64,000 nt of DNA from the human T2T-CHM13v2.0 reference genome, Homo sapiens: assembly GCF_009914755.1 (NCBI RefSeq), contig NC_060936.1. One strand, given 5' to 3'. How positions within the stretch are numbered: position 1 is the first letter of the stretch; each line of letters starts with the position of its first letter. The position numbers and the translations under genes were made by a program. Under the pieces are notes generated by a model. The model searched no databases. It was not told where the DNA came from and was given only the letters and a program-made list of their open reading frames with translations. Of this stretch, positions 57,147 to 64,000 are shown piece by piece.

Positions 57147-57530
57147 ATTTTTTGAGACAGAGTCTCGCTCTGTTGCCTAGGCTGGAGTACAGTGGCACGT
57201 GATCTCCGCTCACTATAACCTCTGCCTCCTGAGTTCAAGCGTTTCTTCTGCCTCAGCCTCCCAAGTAGCTGGGATTACAGTTGCCCACCACCACGCCTGG
57301 CTAATTTTTGTATTTTTCTTAGAGACGGGGTTTCACCATGTTGGCCAGGCTGGTCTCGAACTCCTGACCTCAAGTGATCTGCCCGCCTCGGCCTCCAAAA
57401 GTGCTGGGTGTGAGCCATTGCACCTGGCCAAGAAAAAACATTTAAAGAGAAATATTTAAAAAGTAGAAATCACCCATGGCTTTGTTTTGGTTCCCTAGAA
57501 AACAGGGCCTGAGGTGAAGATTAGGAGCTA

Positions 57531-57668
<138 letters not shown>

Positions 57669-58484
57669 TCACGAGGTCAGGAGATCGAGACCATCCTGAC
57701 CAACATGGTGAAACCTTGTCTCTACTAAAAATAAAAACAATTAGCCGGGTGTGGTGGTGGGCGCCTGTAGTCCCACTTACTTGGGAGGCTGAGGCAGGAG
57801 AATCCCTTGAACCTGGGAGTCAGAGGTTGCAGTGAGCTGAGATCACATCACTGCACTCCAGCCTGGGCAACAGAGAGAGACTCCGTCTCAAAAAAAAAAA
57901 AAAAAAAAGGAGGTAGTGTAAGTTCATGACAGAGCATCCCAGAGGCAGCCCCAACTTCACACCAGCACTCAGCCAGTTGCTGGTCTTCTGGGGTGTCTCT
58001 GGAGAGGATGTAGGAAAGCAGTGAATCTCAGAATGTTCTGTTAGTGCAGAGTGTAGCAATGGGAAGTGTGTGGTGGGTATGGGGAGGGAGGTGAACAATT
58101 TATCCGCCAGCTCCTTCACGTCCTCATTTGTTTTCCCCCTGGGGCATTAGCCTCCCCCCATTTGCAGGTGGAGCCCCTCTTGGGGGGTGTCGGTCTTGGA
58201 TGCAGAGGTGGCTGCAATTCTTTGCCCCTGACCTTCAGAGACAATCGGAAATGTTAGGAGCTGAAATGACTGTGGCACTGGGCAGAGCTTTATAACCATG
58301 GAACAGTGTGAGCCGTCGCTGATGCTGTCTGCGCCAGAGAGAAAGGTAAGTATGTGATTTCTGGGGGTGGGGGGCACAGGTGGGATGAATGGATTCGGAT
58401 TTGCCATTTCCATAATCCAACATGAGAAAAATTATGTATTTAAGCTGGGTGTGGTGGTGCACACCAGTAGTCCCAGCTACTCTA

Positions 58485-58586
<102 letters not shown>

Positions 58587-58661
58587 CTAAAAACAAAAAG
58601 AAAGGCATGGTGGCTCGCGCCTGTAATTCCAGCACTTTGGGAGGCCAAGGCGGGAGAATCA

Positions 58662-58838
<177 letters not shown>

Positions 58839-59196
58839 CTACTGTACTCCAGCTTGGGAGACACAGGCTGGAGTGAAAACAGAGAAAAAATAATGTATTT
58901 AAAAGAAATCCCTCCCATCTAATTTCTACTCCTAGGTAACTACTGTTGACAGTTTGGTCCATGCTTTTCCTGATAATATAAATATTTGCATATCTGTACA
59001 CACTGTATGTCTAAACATACACTTAGTTTTAAAATGGAAACACGACATACAAACATACAAAAAAAGCAGTTTGCTTTTTTCACTTAATAATACCCTATAA
59101 TCATTTTTCCAGCTCAGCACATATAGATCTACCTTATTTTTTAAAAATAGATAATTCCTGTTTCATTCTTTTATTTTTTATTTTTTTTTATTTTGA

Positions 59197-59637
<441 letters not shown>

Positions 59638-59873
59638 TAGAGATGGGGTTTCACCATGTTGTCCAGGCTGGTCTCAAACTCTTGACCTCAGGTGATCTGC
59701 CCACTTCATCATTCTTTTAAATGATTGTGCAGTCTTTTGTTTTATGTATGTACTGCAATTTGCTTGATCATTGTTCCCTTGGTGGTCATTCACTCTGTTT
59801 TCTGGTTTGGACTATTTTAAACAATGTTGCATTGCAAGTTTACACTTAATTTTTGGTCCCCTCAACTTCATGA

Positions 59874-60230
<357 letters not shown>

Positions 60231-60337
60231 TAGCCAGGATGGTCTTGATCTCCTGACCTCGTGATCCGCCTGCCTCGGCCTCCCAAAGTGCTGGGATTAC
60301 AGGCGTAAGCCACTGCGCCTGGCGCATCTTTGTTTAA

Positions 60338-60691
<354 letters not shown>

Positions 60692-60731
60692 TAGTAGGAG
60701 TGCAATTGGTCAAACCACTTTGGAAAACTGG

Positions 60732-61432
<701 letters not shown>

Positions 61433-61871
61433 CTGGCAGTATCTACTAAGTCTAAGCATACACCTCCCCTATCACCCTGCAATTCTGTTGCTAGGTTTAA
61501 ACCCAGCAGAAATCAGAAAATAATGCGCACAACAACTTTGCTCAAAATCATCCAAAACAGGAAATAAGGGGAATGTCCATCAGCAATAGAATGGATAAAT
61601 AAATTCTTACAGCGAAATGTTATGCAGCAATGAAAAGTAACAAGCAATTCCCAATGCAACAGTAGGAATGACTCTCACAGCTATAACATTGTGAGAAATT
61701 AATCAGGCACAAAGGAGTCCACACTGTATGGCTCCTTTTGTATGAAATTTCTGAACAGGCAAAACTAAGTTCAAGGGATTGAAAGCAGAGTAGTGGTTGC
61801 CTGGTAGGAGGTGGGAGTGGGGACTGACTGCAAGGAGGCACAAGGAAGCTTTTCTAGAGTGAAGGAAATGA

Positions 61872-62225
<354 letters not shown>

Positions 62226-62305
62226 TAAAATGCAGTTAATCTGGCTGGGTGTGTTGGTTCATGCCTGTAATCCTAGCACTTTGGGAGGCCGAGGCGGGTG
62301 GATCA

Positions 62306-62799
<494 letters not shown>

Positions 62800-63409
62800 T
62801 TAATTTCCTAAATCTTTCTTTAAGTATTGTTTCTCCCTCTTCACTAATATTCTCTCCCGTGGATCCAATAATCAAGAATGCCCCCTTCCAGAGGTTGCAG
62901 TGAACCAAGATGGTGGCACTGCACTTCAGCCTGGGCAACAGAGAGAGACTCCGTCTCAAAAAAAAAAAAAAAAAAAAACCAGGCTGGATGTGGTGGCTCA
63001 CACCTGTAATCCCAGCACTTTGGGAGGCCAAGGCAGGCAGATCACAAGGTCAGGAGTTCGAGACCAGCCTGGCTAATATGGCAAAACCCCATCTCTATTA
63101 AAAATACAAAAATTAGCCGAGCGTGGTGGCACATGCCTGTAATTCCAGCTACTCAGGAGGCTGAGGCAGAAGACTTGCTTGAACCCGGGAGGCGTAGGTT
63201 GTGGTGAGCTGAGATCACTGGAGCCACTGCAAGCCAGCCTCAGTGACAGAGTGAGACTCCGTTAAAAAAAATAAATAAATAAAGGAATAACCCCCTTGCC
63301 TGGGTGAAGTGGCTTGCACCTGTGATCTTAACACTTTGGGAGATGGAGGCGGGAGGATCACTTGAGCCCAGGAGGTCAAGACCAGCCTAGGCAACGTAGG
63401 GACATCCTA

Positions 63410-63772
<363 letters not shown>

Positions 63773-64000
63773 TCAAGTGATTCTCGTGCCTCAGCCTCCT
63801 GAGCAGCTGGGATTACAGACGCACACACCATGCCCGGCTACCAGGCTGGTCTTGAACTCCTGATCTCAGGTGATTCGCCTGCCTTGGCCTCCCAAAGTGC
63901 TGGGATTACAGGCATAAGCCCCCGGGCCTCGCCCTCCTGTAGCATTTTCTATCTGGATTACACCATTCAGTCTGTGTTCGTTACTTCCCGACTCCGAGCC

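Overview
Human (primate) genomic DNA, extremely Alu-dense. I recognise it as the 5' half of RILPL1 (12q24.31) plus about 35 kb of upstream intergenic sequence. RILPL1 lies on the minus strand: coding exon 1 is 28027-28335, exon 2 is 18328-18478, and later exons are left of the window. Its CpG-island promoter holds the (GGC)10/(CCG)10 repeat whose expansion causes OPDM4. The repeat sits inside long overlapping ORFs on both strands. One is an ATG-initiated antisense polyglycine ORF whose ATG shares a CCATGG palindrome with the RILPL1 start codon. The other is a 226-codon stop-free polyproline extension in frame with RILPL1. Intron 2 carries a ~2.85 kb GT-rich complex VNTR, which explains the spurious His/Thr ORFs. 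MIR3908 lies at 31261-31386. A decayed two-LTR HERV-W (LTR17/HERV17) provirus spans 43297-53643. It has a CTAG target-site duplication centred in a 14-bp palindrome, a tRNA-Ile-type PBS, microhomology deletions in gag and env, three nested Alus (two share an 88-bp identical tract), and an L1PA fragment inserted at the 3' LTR poly(A) signal. Almost all other ORFs in the track are Alu or simple-repeat artefacts. Family assignments come from recalled consensus sequences, not database searches.
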